Assembly (NCBI GenBank): GCA_050084985.1
Contig: JBITNC010000001.1
Coordinates: 154,132,001 to 154,196,000 of the forward strand
Direction of reading: 5' to 3'
Length of the DNA: 64,000 nt
DNA from: Nageia nagi
Lineage: Eukaryota; Plantae; Pinophyta
Made by a program: the position numbers and the translations under genes. The notes under the pieces are model-generated. The model did not search any database. It saw nothing but the letters and a program-made list of their open reading frames with translations, and had not been told where the DNA came from. Below, in pieces: positions 37,649-48,490 of the stretch (positions within the stretch are counted from its first letter, which is position 1; each line of letters opens with the position of its first letter).

Positions 37649-40600
37649 TTTGACTAAGTATTCTAGGGGTCTCCCTATATACGCCAGGTACGTGGGAGCT
37701 CAATTCTGTGCTAGTGCTGTCTAATGCACAACCGTTCGAAAAGGGCCCTTGCTAATATACTCGCGGTATGTGAGGGAATCCTAAAGGACCTCTCTATATA
37801 CCATGTACGTGCATGAGCATGATGGCCTCTCTATATACTCAAAGGTACGTGAGAGAATCCAACAGTGGCCTAAGCGATATACTGCGAGTACGTTGTAGGA
37901 GACCACAATTCCTCGGGATGCAGTGCTGGCAAAGTAACGATAGCTCCTATGTTTAAAGATGCCAGAACACATCTATACCTAAAAGAATCTACTCTTTCTT
38001 TTCTTTCCAATAGCTTATGAATCACCCCAAATAGACCTTCCAATCAAAATATATGCAAATTTAAAGAAATAAATAAATAAATTGTACCTTTTTAAATCGT
38101 GATTTGGAGACTGTTCTATTATCCAACCTTCTAACTGATGTAAATATGAAATTTCGGCCCTTTAGAGTCTGAAATTTATACCTATGGTAGCCTCAGATGT
38201 CTTCTTTTCAATGCCATAGATTTCGTCAAATTCTGATAGTCCAAGAGGAAATGACTACAATTTTCCCAAAATGTGCTGATTTTTGGATTTTTTTGAAGAG
38301 CGAACTTGTATGAAGTGCCTTGTGTCACCTGTTTATTCTCAGACCTTGAAAATTGTAACAGATAAACTTTAGTATATAACCTAACCAATACAATAGGTTT
38401 CACCGTTTTTGGAGCTGTAAAACTTCAGATATACCCTTTTTAGCTAGAACACCTGTTTCAGACCTGCTTTTGCGACTAGTCACAAACCTTAACTTCCCCT
38501 GAGTGTAACTTAAAAAATATAGCGAATTAGGAGCTGAAATTTTAACCGAAACTTCTTCGTTATGTCTTCAAAAAACCCAATAAATTTCAAAATCTGAATC
38601 CTCCCGAAACAAAATTGGTAGCGAAAATGCCACGATGACTAGTTTTGAGCTGTGAAACCCTAGAATCGTCTGCTCTGGTACCAAATGTTATGAACAAAGT
38701 TCCCAAAATAGCATAAAATCACCAAAGAGAGAGCTCAACGCATTGAATAAGAGATAAAATCTGTAATAAGCCACTTCGAGGGGGCAACCTCCTTTGTAAT
38801 AAGCCACTTCGAGGGGGCAACCTCCTTTACTTCACATCAATTACACAACAATAGACATCTTTAAATGATAATACCTCCTTAGTATATATAGGAGTCCAAG
38901 GGGTGCCACTACAATGAAAGGACACTAGCCGACATACAATAATAATGTAAGGAAATAATAATAACCATAGCCGACCTAACAATAATAATGTATAGGGACC
39001 TAACAGCATCACTATCAAAAAAATAAAAAATAAGTCAACATTTATAATTTTATAGGACCTATCAAGATATTTTAAAAATCACATGTAGGGGGGTGCTAGG
39101 TGGGAGTAAAAATGAAGAAGATAACCTATATGAGGGATCAATGGTAGTTAAGTTAATGGGCTCATCCTCATCCTTATTTTGTAGTTGCTTCACATGCAAT
39201 TGTAGGTTGACATAAATGTACACAATATCATTCAAGCGTTGTGTTTTCAACCTATTAACATAAAAAAATGAGGTAATAATAATTGAGAGTGATATTCGAG
39301 AAGAAATTTCCATTGCATTTTGAAAGTTGATAGGAATCACAATTGGAATGAATCAAATTACTAACCTATTATGCTTCTTGGAGTGAATTTTTCAAATGCT
39401 CTCTAATTGTGCTCACATCTTGAAGTGCTACACATTTGACTAAGGATGTGAATGGCAAGTCTTTGCAAATCAGGTGTTTCACCCTCAACATTTGCCCACC
39501 ATAACTATAAAAAATGTAGTAATATCAAATAAAAAAACATTAAATATTTAAATGCCTAAATGTATAAACTTAAAACTAGTGCATGAAATTTGTATTTTTT
39601 TCACCTAGAGCAATCATGAAATGTGCCTCTCTAGCGAATTGATACCCAAAGAGGCCTCTTAAGTGCTTGTATTACTCAAGCTCCTTGAAGATTTTGGATT
39701 GACTGGTAGGATCCTAAATGATACCAGTTACACATTTTGTAAGCCCCAAGTTAGCATGAGTATTAGCCTTGTATTTTGAGTTTGGTGCAAAATACAAGAT
39801 AGGGTTTAAGATGGCCCCTACTCCATGAATAGGGTGATACAACATATTCCACCACTATTCATCAATGAGAGCCCAAAACTCCATGTGCTTATTACCAAAC
39901 TCATTATCCTCATTAGGTGGTCAATATAATAATGCATTATGGCCTCCTTGACCCTAGCCATAGCCTCATACAAATAGCCCATAGTGGGCCTATCACTATC
40001 AACTAGATGTAGGACTCATACAAGTGGTCCTATGATGCTACAAATCTCTTTGAGCATCACCCAAAAATCATCCATGGATATCAATGAAGACACAACCATA
40101 CCCTCTAGCCTCATGCTCATGGTTGTATCACTTCACTCTCTAGAAATAAACATGGAACACAACTCATGCATGTTCCAAAATAGCAACTGAAGGCTAATGA
40201 AATTGGAGGTAAAATGTGTAACTCCTAGGTGCAACAAGTCCTTGTCATTGGTGTACCTCCTCATCATATTAATAATAATGGTTTTATTATAAATATACTT
40301 GGTAACACAAGATAAGAAATTAAGAATCAATATAGTCTAAGAGTAAGAATATAAGATAAGAAAAAAATATGATAAGATAAAACAAGATAAGATAGATGTA
40401 CCTCATGATTGTCCTAGCTTGGTCAACCACCTCTTTCACCCAAGCCATTTTTCTTATGTCCTCCAAAAGAAGATCAATGCAATGACAAGCACATGGAGTC
40501 TAGTATAAGGAGGGATACATATTCATGAGGTTGCTACCTACTACAACATAACTAGAAGCATTATCTATGATCACTTGGACAACATGCTTTGGCTCCACCT

Positions 40601-42454
40601 CCTTCACAAATTGATCCAATAAGTCACATAACAAGTTTGCATCTTTTTCCTTATCGGATGCATCAATGGATTTCTTAAATATTGTCCCATATTTGGAGTA
40701 TACCAAAAAATTAGTCAAGCTTCTACTCTTACTATCTGACCACCCACCAGATAGTATTTTGCAACCCAATAACTTCCAAGATTATTCAATATCAACCATT
40801 CTAAAAATAGTAAAATAAAAATAAAATAAATTATAAAATAATTAAATAAAAAAAGTAATTTAAAAAATGTAATACATATTGTCTATTGAAATTTGATATC
40901 ACTATTTATGTACCTATCATGGATTTCTTTCTTGAGATCTTTCATGAGAGACCCTTGCATTTTTGCATGAGTAGGGCCCACATACCTAGGTCCAATGTTA
41001 GCCACTGCATTGATCATTGGTTGCCAAAATACACTCCTAGTAATGTGGATTGGAACTCCTTCATAATAGATCAATTTTTCCAACATCAAATCAACTTCTT
41101 TATTCTCATTCTTTAGCATACTCATAATGGATGGTTGGGATCTAGAGTTGTCAGGAGTTGAAAGTAGGAATGGAATCCAACCCTTCTTAGGTATCCACTT
41201 CCACTAGGTCTACTAGCACTTGTACTTGCACTTGCACTACCACCTATACTTGGACTGGACAAATTTCCACTTGAAGAGCTTATCCCTCCTACCTCCATTC
41301 AAAATGATTATTTCCTCTCTTTTTTCTCAACAATAGAATATAAGGCTCTAATTGCATGCAAAGAAAGATTTGGAGTTGCTTTTGGGCAACTCTCTACATT
41401 ACTCCTTGGTCTCTCAAAAAGATGCCCTTTGAACCTTGTAATTATTCCTTGGATAGGTTTGCCACATAGATTACAACTAAAATGTTGAGAATTACCATGA
41501 ACCCCCTTAATTGGAGTCACATATTACCAAAACCCATCCAACTCCTTTGGCATTTTGGGGTCTTGGAAAATCTCCCTCAATCAATAATGCTTTAGCTCCT
41601 CTCTAGCTCCTCTCTCTTTCTCCAAGCCTTGTAAAGAAAAAATGAGGGGAAAAACCCTTCCCCCCCTTTATTCCTTCTCCCTAGCCACCTAGCATAGCCC
41701 ACATTTTTGTGGTGTATTCAACATGTTTTAGCTATTTAAATGGCATTTAGATGGAAAAAAAAAGTTTTTGGCATATTTCCCTTCTAAACACGGGTTTTGT
41801 CTCTATCGAACCACATCTTTTGCTCTTAAGACACATTTTTTTCATGTTTAAATGCTATTTTTAGATGCAAAAAATGCTAAAAATGGTGGGTATGATGGGG
41901 TGTTTTAAGTTAAATCTTTCTTGCATATTCATGATATCTTTCACATTTAAATGACACATTTTGGAGTAAAAAATGCATCTAAGATGGTTTGTAAAATTTG
42001 TGGCCATCCTACATTTTTTCCATGTATTCAACATTGTTTTCATGTCTTTTCCCCATTTATACATAATTTAAACATCCCATATTTTGAAGTTAAATACAAT
42101 TTTTTTTCCAATTTTTTGAGGAAAATTTGGAATTTTCCCAAAAATGGAAAAACCATCATTTTTCATGTTTAAACACCATTTTTTATTCTATGGTTTAATG
42201 TATGTAATGTGTATTTCTAAATTAATTTGAATTATATCTATTTTAAAATTTAAATACCTTTTTATTTTTTTATCATAAATGATGGGAGGCTCCACTTTAG
42301 GCCATCTCATAGAGCTTTTATGACATTGACTCCTAGATCTATGAGCACACCTTACGAGGTAAATAAATATACAAAGTTTAACAATTTTCATGTTAATTTT
42401 GTTAGATATTATTCACATCTAAATATGTACATGTGTATGCTAAAAAAGGATTTC

Positions 42455-42800
42455 CTATTTGAGGTAGATGTGCATCTTGATATGACTACATTTGATTGAT
42501 GAGAGGGCATATTAATGGTTGAGCCTTTAGTTTCCACCACTCCATAGGTTGTCACTCATATGTCTACTTCATTTTAGTTAATTTTTTAAAATGCATTATT
42601 ATGTGTGTATCCAATTTGTAGGTATTAAGTAATTCCATATTAATTTTATTAGATGTTATGTGAATGTGAATGTGTACATTGAAAAATAAATTCTATTCTA
42701 GGTAGGCGTCCATCCTGAGATGATAACATTCGATTGATGAGAGGGCATTTTGATGGTTGAGCTTTCAGTATCCACCACTCCATACTTTTTCACTCAAATA
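42455..42800 (+). repeat. Two exon-like direct repeats (~100 bp, ~240-bp period)
   Basis: 'aggtag..gt.catc.tga.atga..acatt.gattgatgagagggcat.tt.atggttgagc.tt.agt.tccaccactccata' at ~42462 and ~42699. Confidence 0.75.
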
Positions 42801-43249
42801 TGTACTTAATGTGTATGTATGCAATTTTTAGGTCTTAAAAAATCTATATCCATTTAAAAACCTTTATTTTATTCAATAGTTCTTTATTTGATCTTGTAGG
42901 ATGCTATTTCTCATGCATTTCATATCGATGAGATTGGTACATCATCTACACAATAGGATACAATTATTGAGGGAGGATCTTAGCATCATGATATGGTAAT
43001 AGTTATGTGCATTTTTAAAACTTATTGATAGATTAAATTTATTTTATTAAATATTAAAAGGAATTACAAATATGAATGATAATATATGCTAACTTAATTT
43101 TATTTGTGTTATGCAACATGAGGCATCTACATCAGTTGAAAAGAGGAGGAGGATCAATGATGGAGATACATCTAAGCCTAGATAGATAGATCTAGGATTG
43201 ATTATGTAGTTATTATTTTTGTATGTTATTTATAGATCATGGTATATGT

Positions 43250-44130
43250 AAATGGACATTGGAATTATTATGGACTTTGGACATTTTTTTCATGGTGTTG
43301 TTATGTTATTATTGTGGACTTTGAATATTGTTATATTATGGACTTTGGACATTGTTATTATGGAGTTCGGACATTGTTAGTGTGGACTAGATGCTATTAT
43401 TACATGGAATAGATATTTTTATGTACTTTTTCACATAATTATTATGATGTTGTTATGCTTTTATGTATTTTTCACACAATAATTATAATGTTGTTATGTA
43501 TTTTCATCTCTCCATATTTCTTTTAAGTACAATTATTGTAATATTACAAGTTTAAAAATGTTGTAATATATATTACTAAACAACAAGTTTACAAATGTTG
43601 TAATAACTAAACAAAAAGTTTACTAAACAATAATTTTTAGATAATGTTAAATTTTACAAATGTTGTAATAACTAAATGATAAGTTTACTAAACAACAAGT
43701 TTATAGGTTTACAATTTTTGAAAGATTATAAATAGAAGTTTATAAGTTGTAATATATACTACTAAAAAACAAGTTTACAATTAGGTATATAAGTACATAA
43801 CAAGTTTATAAGATAACAACTTTACAAGTTTACAAGATAATAATTTTACAAGTTAACAAGACAACAAGTTTACAAGATAACAACTTTACAAGTTTATAAG
43901 TTTACAAGATAAAAACTTTACAAGTTTACAAGATAATTAGTTAACGATTTTACAAATGTTGTAATATATATTACTAAACAACAAGTATAATTACAAATAT
44001 TATCTATAACTACAACAACAACAAATGTTGATCATATAATACATGTTATCTAAAACTATAACAACAACACATATAATTACAAATTTTATCTATAACAACA
44101 AGAAGTTTACAAATGTTGATCATATAACTA
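43250..44130. repeat. Low-complexity degenerate minisatellites
   Basis: GGACTTTGGACATTGTTATTAT-like units at 43250-43420 and TTTACAAG/ACAACAAG units at 43540-44130. Confidence 0.8.
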
Positions 44131-44634
44131 AATTTTTATACTTATATTTCATACTCCTTTGAGATATAGGTTATTTTAAGTTAAGATTCATCTTTTCATG
44201 TAGGATACTCTCTTATAAAATAAGTTAAAACCTAATCATAGGAAGCCTTAATGGTGAAAACTAAGCATCAAAGATAATTAGAAGAGATTTTTGAATCTAT
44301 CACTCCAATAACATAATCTTCCATATATCCTTGTTAACATAGTCTTCCTTATAGGCTACCTTATCAAATGCCATTCCCTATAGCATGTCACATTTTATTT
44401 CTTTTACCTATGCAACCATTCTTGGTTTAAGGGTAAATGAAACCTCCCAAACTCATGTATCTACCACATTGATCTCATCCCTCCAACTTGTGGTCAATCC
44501 ACTCAAAATTTATCCTTCTTAATTAAAGGAAAATCCACCTACCCTAGTTTATAATATATATTACTGAATAGCAAGTTTAACGAAATATTTACAGAAAGGT
44601 TTACTTAAATATAATCAAGAAAGTTATGTCATCT

Positions 44635-44698
44635 AAGGGAATTGAACCCACAACCATGTGGTTATAAGTCACACACAATACTAATTGAGATAAGACAA
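44635..44698 (-). pseudogene. tRNA-derived sequence (Ile-UAU-like) or SINE head
   Basis: Minus strand TATCTCAATTAG (decayed A box), CT-TAT-AA (anticodon-loop-like) and GGTTCAATTCC (B box) at tRNA spacing. Confidence 0.6.
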
Positions 44699-44700
44699 CT

Positions 44701-44870
44701 GAGGGGAAGGGGATATGAAGGGATGAAGGGGAAGGGGAAATGGAGATGAAGGAGTGAAGGGTAAGGGGAAGTGGATATGAAGGGGTGAAGGGTAAGGGGA
44801 AGTGGAGAGGAAGGGGTGTAGGTATTAAGGATAAGGGGAAGTTGAGATAAAGGGGAGGGGGAGAAGGAGA
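44701..44870. repeat. Polypurine GGGGAA(G)/GAAGGG repeat tract
   Basis: Read directly; many G3-G4 runs. Confidence 0.9.
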
Positions 44871-44879
44871 AATAAACTT

Positions 44880-47662
44880 ACCTATATTTTTTAGTCATCA
44901 ATACCATCTGCATCCTCTTTCATGTAATGCATTCATAATTACCTCATGTTCTTACATTGAAATATTCCATAACACTTTATTAGTAGGCATCCCTTTATAT
45001 ATGGATATTTTAATATTTGTTACCAGTATCAAATGCAAATAGTGAATAATTTTCTTATTTGCTTCATAATATTTGTATGCTCTCAAACCATTCCTTCTTG
45101 ATACTATTTTTTGTAACCATGTACCAATAACCACCACAAAACTTATTGGGTGCTCAAATCCATGATTATCACTTCAAGGAGAAGTTAACTTATATTTTCT
45201 CTCAACACATTAAGCCAACCAATACTCTAATTCTCTTCATTGCCCTTAGGTCCTATAACAATATACAAATATCCTACAAATAAAATTTATATCAATAAAG
45301 TGTGAAATATAAAACTAGTTCATATATATAGACCAATGAGCATTCATATAAATAAATTGAAAAAAAAAACAAGTTTAAATTGTATTAAATTACCTTCTTT
45401 TATAAGTTTAGAAACCCGATTATATTATTCTAATGCAAATAATTGATTCTTATCTTCAATGAATATTTCTTATTGATCATATGCTTCAGTAGGTGTTAAA
45501 GATCTTTATTTCCATTCCTAAACACATTTTGTATTTATACATGCTCTTGATTTGCCTAAAATATAAGAATAACAAAAACATGCAAGCTCCCTTATCCAAA
45601 TATTCCATGTGCTTGCATTTGAACTCCTAAATGAATGCCATTTTGTTGATCCATTAATTGTATCACAATCATGATGACTATAATATTGTTTTCTTCAACT
45701 AACCAAAAAAATCATTGAATTATAGAATTCTCTTTTGATCCAGTAGATATACTTGTATTACACCAATTCACAATTGCATATGTATCTTGAAATTTTACTA
45801 AATATTAAAATTGAAGTTGTTCTCTAGCAATATCTCTTTTCACACATGGACTAGCTCCATCATGTTCACCTTTACCATGCCCAACTTCAAAAAAAGATCA
45901 TATATGTTGGATATTGTGTTCTCTATGCATCCTACTTAACCAATAAAACATATGTGCATTCTTAAACTATCCCATATAGTTATCTGACTATATCAAATGT
46001 TTTGCCATTTGAATATTTTGTTCCTTTAAATTTTTATAGAATATCTTAAAGCAAAATTGGATAAACTCTAGTGAGTGTAATCAATTATTGCTCAAATAAA
46101 AATGGTACTCCTCAATTTTTTTTATTATCTTATGTGCTATCATCTACATGTCTATATACAATATGAACAAAAATAGAAACTTGTTGAGAATTATAATACC
46201 GAGACTGTATTTCTTCTTATGCTGATAGAGTATAGTTTTCTATAAATTCTATGAATGATAATATAGTTCCATTTGGAAATGTGTTTCTACATTGATGAAA
46301 TTCAATCTCAAGCCATCAAGCATGTTGGGAATGTTTCACATATTTTGGAATAAAGTTACTCTTAAAAAAATTCATAAATGTATGTACACTACAATTTTCA
46401 ATGATTAGATCAACATGCTTCCCAATTTTTCCATCCCTCAATATGTACTCAATATTCTTGAATTTTTTTTATATCCACTAATGTTTGTCCAAAATCATGT
46501 AAATTGCTTTCATGTACATATTCTCCTAAATATGAAAGATTCCCACATATACTACATTGTATTGAAATACATACATTTTAATAAAATGATTAACCCTCTA
46601 GAATTAAAAAAAAACTTGCTATAAGTACATTGATAGATTCAGGTGGCATATTAAAACCACATCCTTGCAATAAGTTATTAGTATGCAAAATACCACGTAT
46701 ATGTCAAAAAAATTGATAATAATATCTAAATTGCATATGAGTTTACAACAACATGTTAATCTTTGCTTGTTAATTTTAACATACCAAGGTTTGCATTTCT
46801 CAAAAGATCTTTGAATTAGGATAATATTAAAACTACTCAACACTTTACCATTTACAAAGTTATTGTACAATTGAGTTTGAGTCATATCTAAAAAGTGTTT
46901 GGCATGCTCATGTTGATGATATTTTGACCCTAGAGATTTCCTTTTTTCAAAACATATTTAATATTAGGAGATACTCTTGTATGATCATGCCAATATTTTT
47001 CAATTATGTATTTTTTCTCATTAGTCAATTTTCTATCAGACCTAGGAAGTATACCACTAAAACTCCAACATTGGTTGATTGGATCAATTTCAATACTCTT
47101 TCTTCTCTTCATAGATCTTTGAAAAGTTTTAGGGTGTATATTTAGATATTCACTAAGCTTACCAATCATTTTTTTCTTTATAGTTGGTCTATTTACTAAA
47201 GTAGTTGTTATGGCTTGTTGTATTGCATTCCTATCTTTAGATCAACTCTTCTTCCCAATAGAGTACATGGCACTAGCAATAGTGGATATAACTTATTTTA
47301 AGGGTCCTCTTTTTTACACAAACACCTAAAGTTCTCATTACTCTTCTCATTTTTAACATTCTCATTAATTGTAACATGAGTTGAAATTGAAATCCTAGCT
47401 CCTTATTATGGAAAAATTGATCATATATTCTATTTGCATGTGTTATCATTTGTCTCACAGATATTGTACTAGAAACATTATCTAAGATATTATGTTCAAT
47501 ACATAAAAAGATATTTATATCATCAATATTATCATTATTCTCATGCTCAATATCATTAACATGTGGATTCAAATATATACCTAGATTCATGTCCATACTT
47601 GGTACTCTTAGGTTAAGGGTTGGCTCACCAACTTTTACTACAAAGGGAAAAATAGGTAACAT
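44880..47662 (-). pseudogene. Sola2-like DDD transposase pseudogene with introns
   Basis: Motifs in order: EFIENYTL..EEIQSRYY (~46250, cf. DFAENY...EIQS), I*SDNYMG*FKN (~45985), *SFFEVGHGKGEHDGAS.CVKR (~45860), ELACFC (~45580). GT-AG introns at ~45270-45392 and starting at 44881. Confidence 0.7.
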
Positions 47663-47779
47663 ACAATACTTAATTAGTGTTTTGTTGAGGAATTAATCAA
47701 GAATTAAGCTAATAATTAGTTTAAATTAAATAAATTAAGTAACTAATATATACTAACATTATGTAAACTCAAGGAAAAT

Positions 47780-48490
47780 CATAAACTTAAACTCTAAACC
47801 CTTAAGCCTTAAACAAACCAATATATAGTGGCATTATGTGACATGTATCCTTATCCTAATTTAAATAGCATTTAAGAGTTGATATGACATAATATTTTAA
47901 CCCCATTTACCAAATTTTATTTAACCTCATTGGAAAAACCTTGATAGGACATACAAACCTTAAACTCTAAACCCTAAACCCTTAAGCTAAGTAAACAAAC
48001 CTAAGCATTAAAACATAAACCCTAAACCCTTAAGCATTAAAAAAAACTAAACCCTTAAATAAATTTAAACCCTAAATCCTAAACCCTTAAGCCTTAAATA
48101 AACATAATAACTAAAATGTAAACCATAAAACCCTAAATCCTTACTTTCCTTAAACTGCTAAACTCTTAAACTCTTAACCCTTAAGTTCTTAAACCCAAGC
48201 AACCCTTAAACTCTTTAACCCATTTAATATCATGTTTGAACTTATTGGCCAAGTGTTTAAACCCTATAAACCTAAACACTCCTATAACTGTAAACCCTAA
48301 AACCCTACCCCTAAACCCTTCAACTTTTCAACTTTAAACCCTTAAACCTTTTACCCTAAAACCTTATAATTTTAAACCTTTAATCATTAAAATCTTAGAC
48401 CTAAGTAACCATTAAAATATTTAACCTTTAACCAGTAAAATCTAAACCCTAAACCCAAGTAACCTCTTGGTCAAATGTCTAACCCTTTTT
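47780..48490. repeat. Degenerate telomere-like (CCCTAAA / TAAACCCT) repeat tract
   Basis: Numerous TAAACCCT(T)AA variants, without a long perfect array. Confidence 0.75.

Larger units (their letters stand above)
36373..39005 (-). mobile_element. Non-autonomous gag-only (TR-GAG-like) LTR retrotransposon, 2633 bp, very recent copy
   Basis: 320-bp LTRs at 38686-39005 and 36373-36692 (TG...CA; 1 mismatch by eye), TSD GCATC at 36368-36372 and 39006-39010, PBS TGGTACCAGAGC at 38672-38683, PPT at ~36695-36706. No PR, RT, RH or INT core. Confidence 0.96.
35700..41560 (-). pseudogene. Intron-containing hAT transposase pseudogene (BED finger, DUF659, dimerisation domain, acidic tail), interrupted by the LTR element
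   Basis: FSCNLCGK..GIITRFKGHL, GWSDSKSRSLTNFLV, VVQVIIDNAS, TPCACHCIDLLLED, LVDSDRPTMGYLYEAM, NRLKTQRLNDIVYIYVNL. The acidic tail resumes at 36372 beyond the insertion. AT-rich intron-like gaps at ~40800-40880, ~40320-40400 and ~39510-39605. Confidence 0.85.

Noticed and set aside
44635-44698. Functional tRNA gene
   Set aside because: The acceptor, D and anticodon stems pair poorly and the A box is decayed.
47780-48490. True telomere or chromosome-fusion scar
   Set aside because: The units are highly degenerate, in a single orientation, and embedded in a transposon-like gene.
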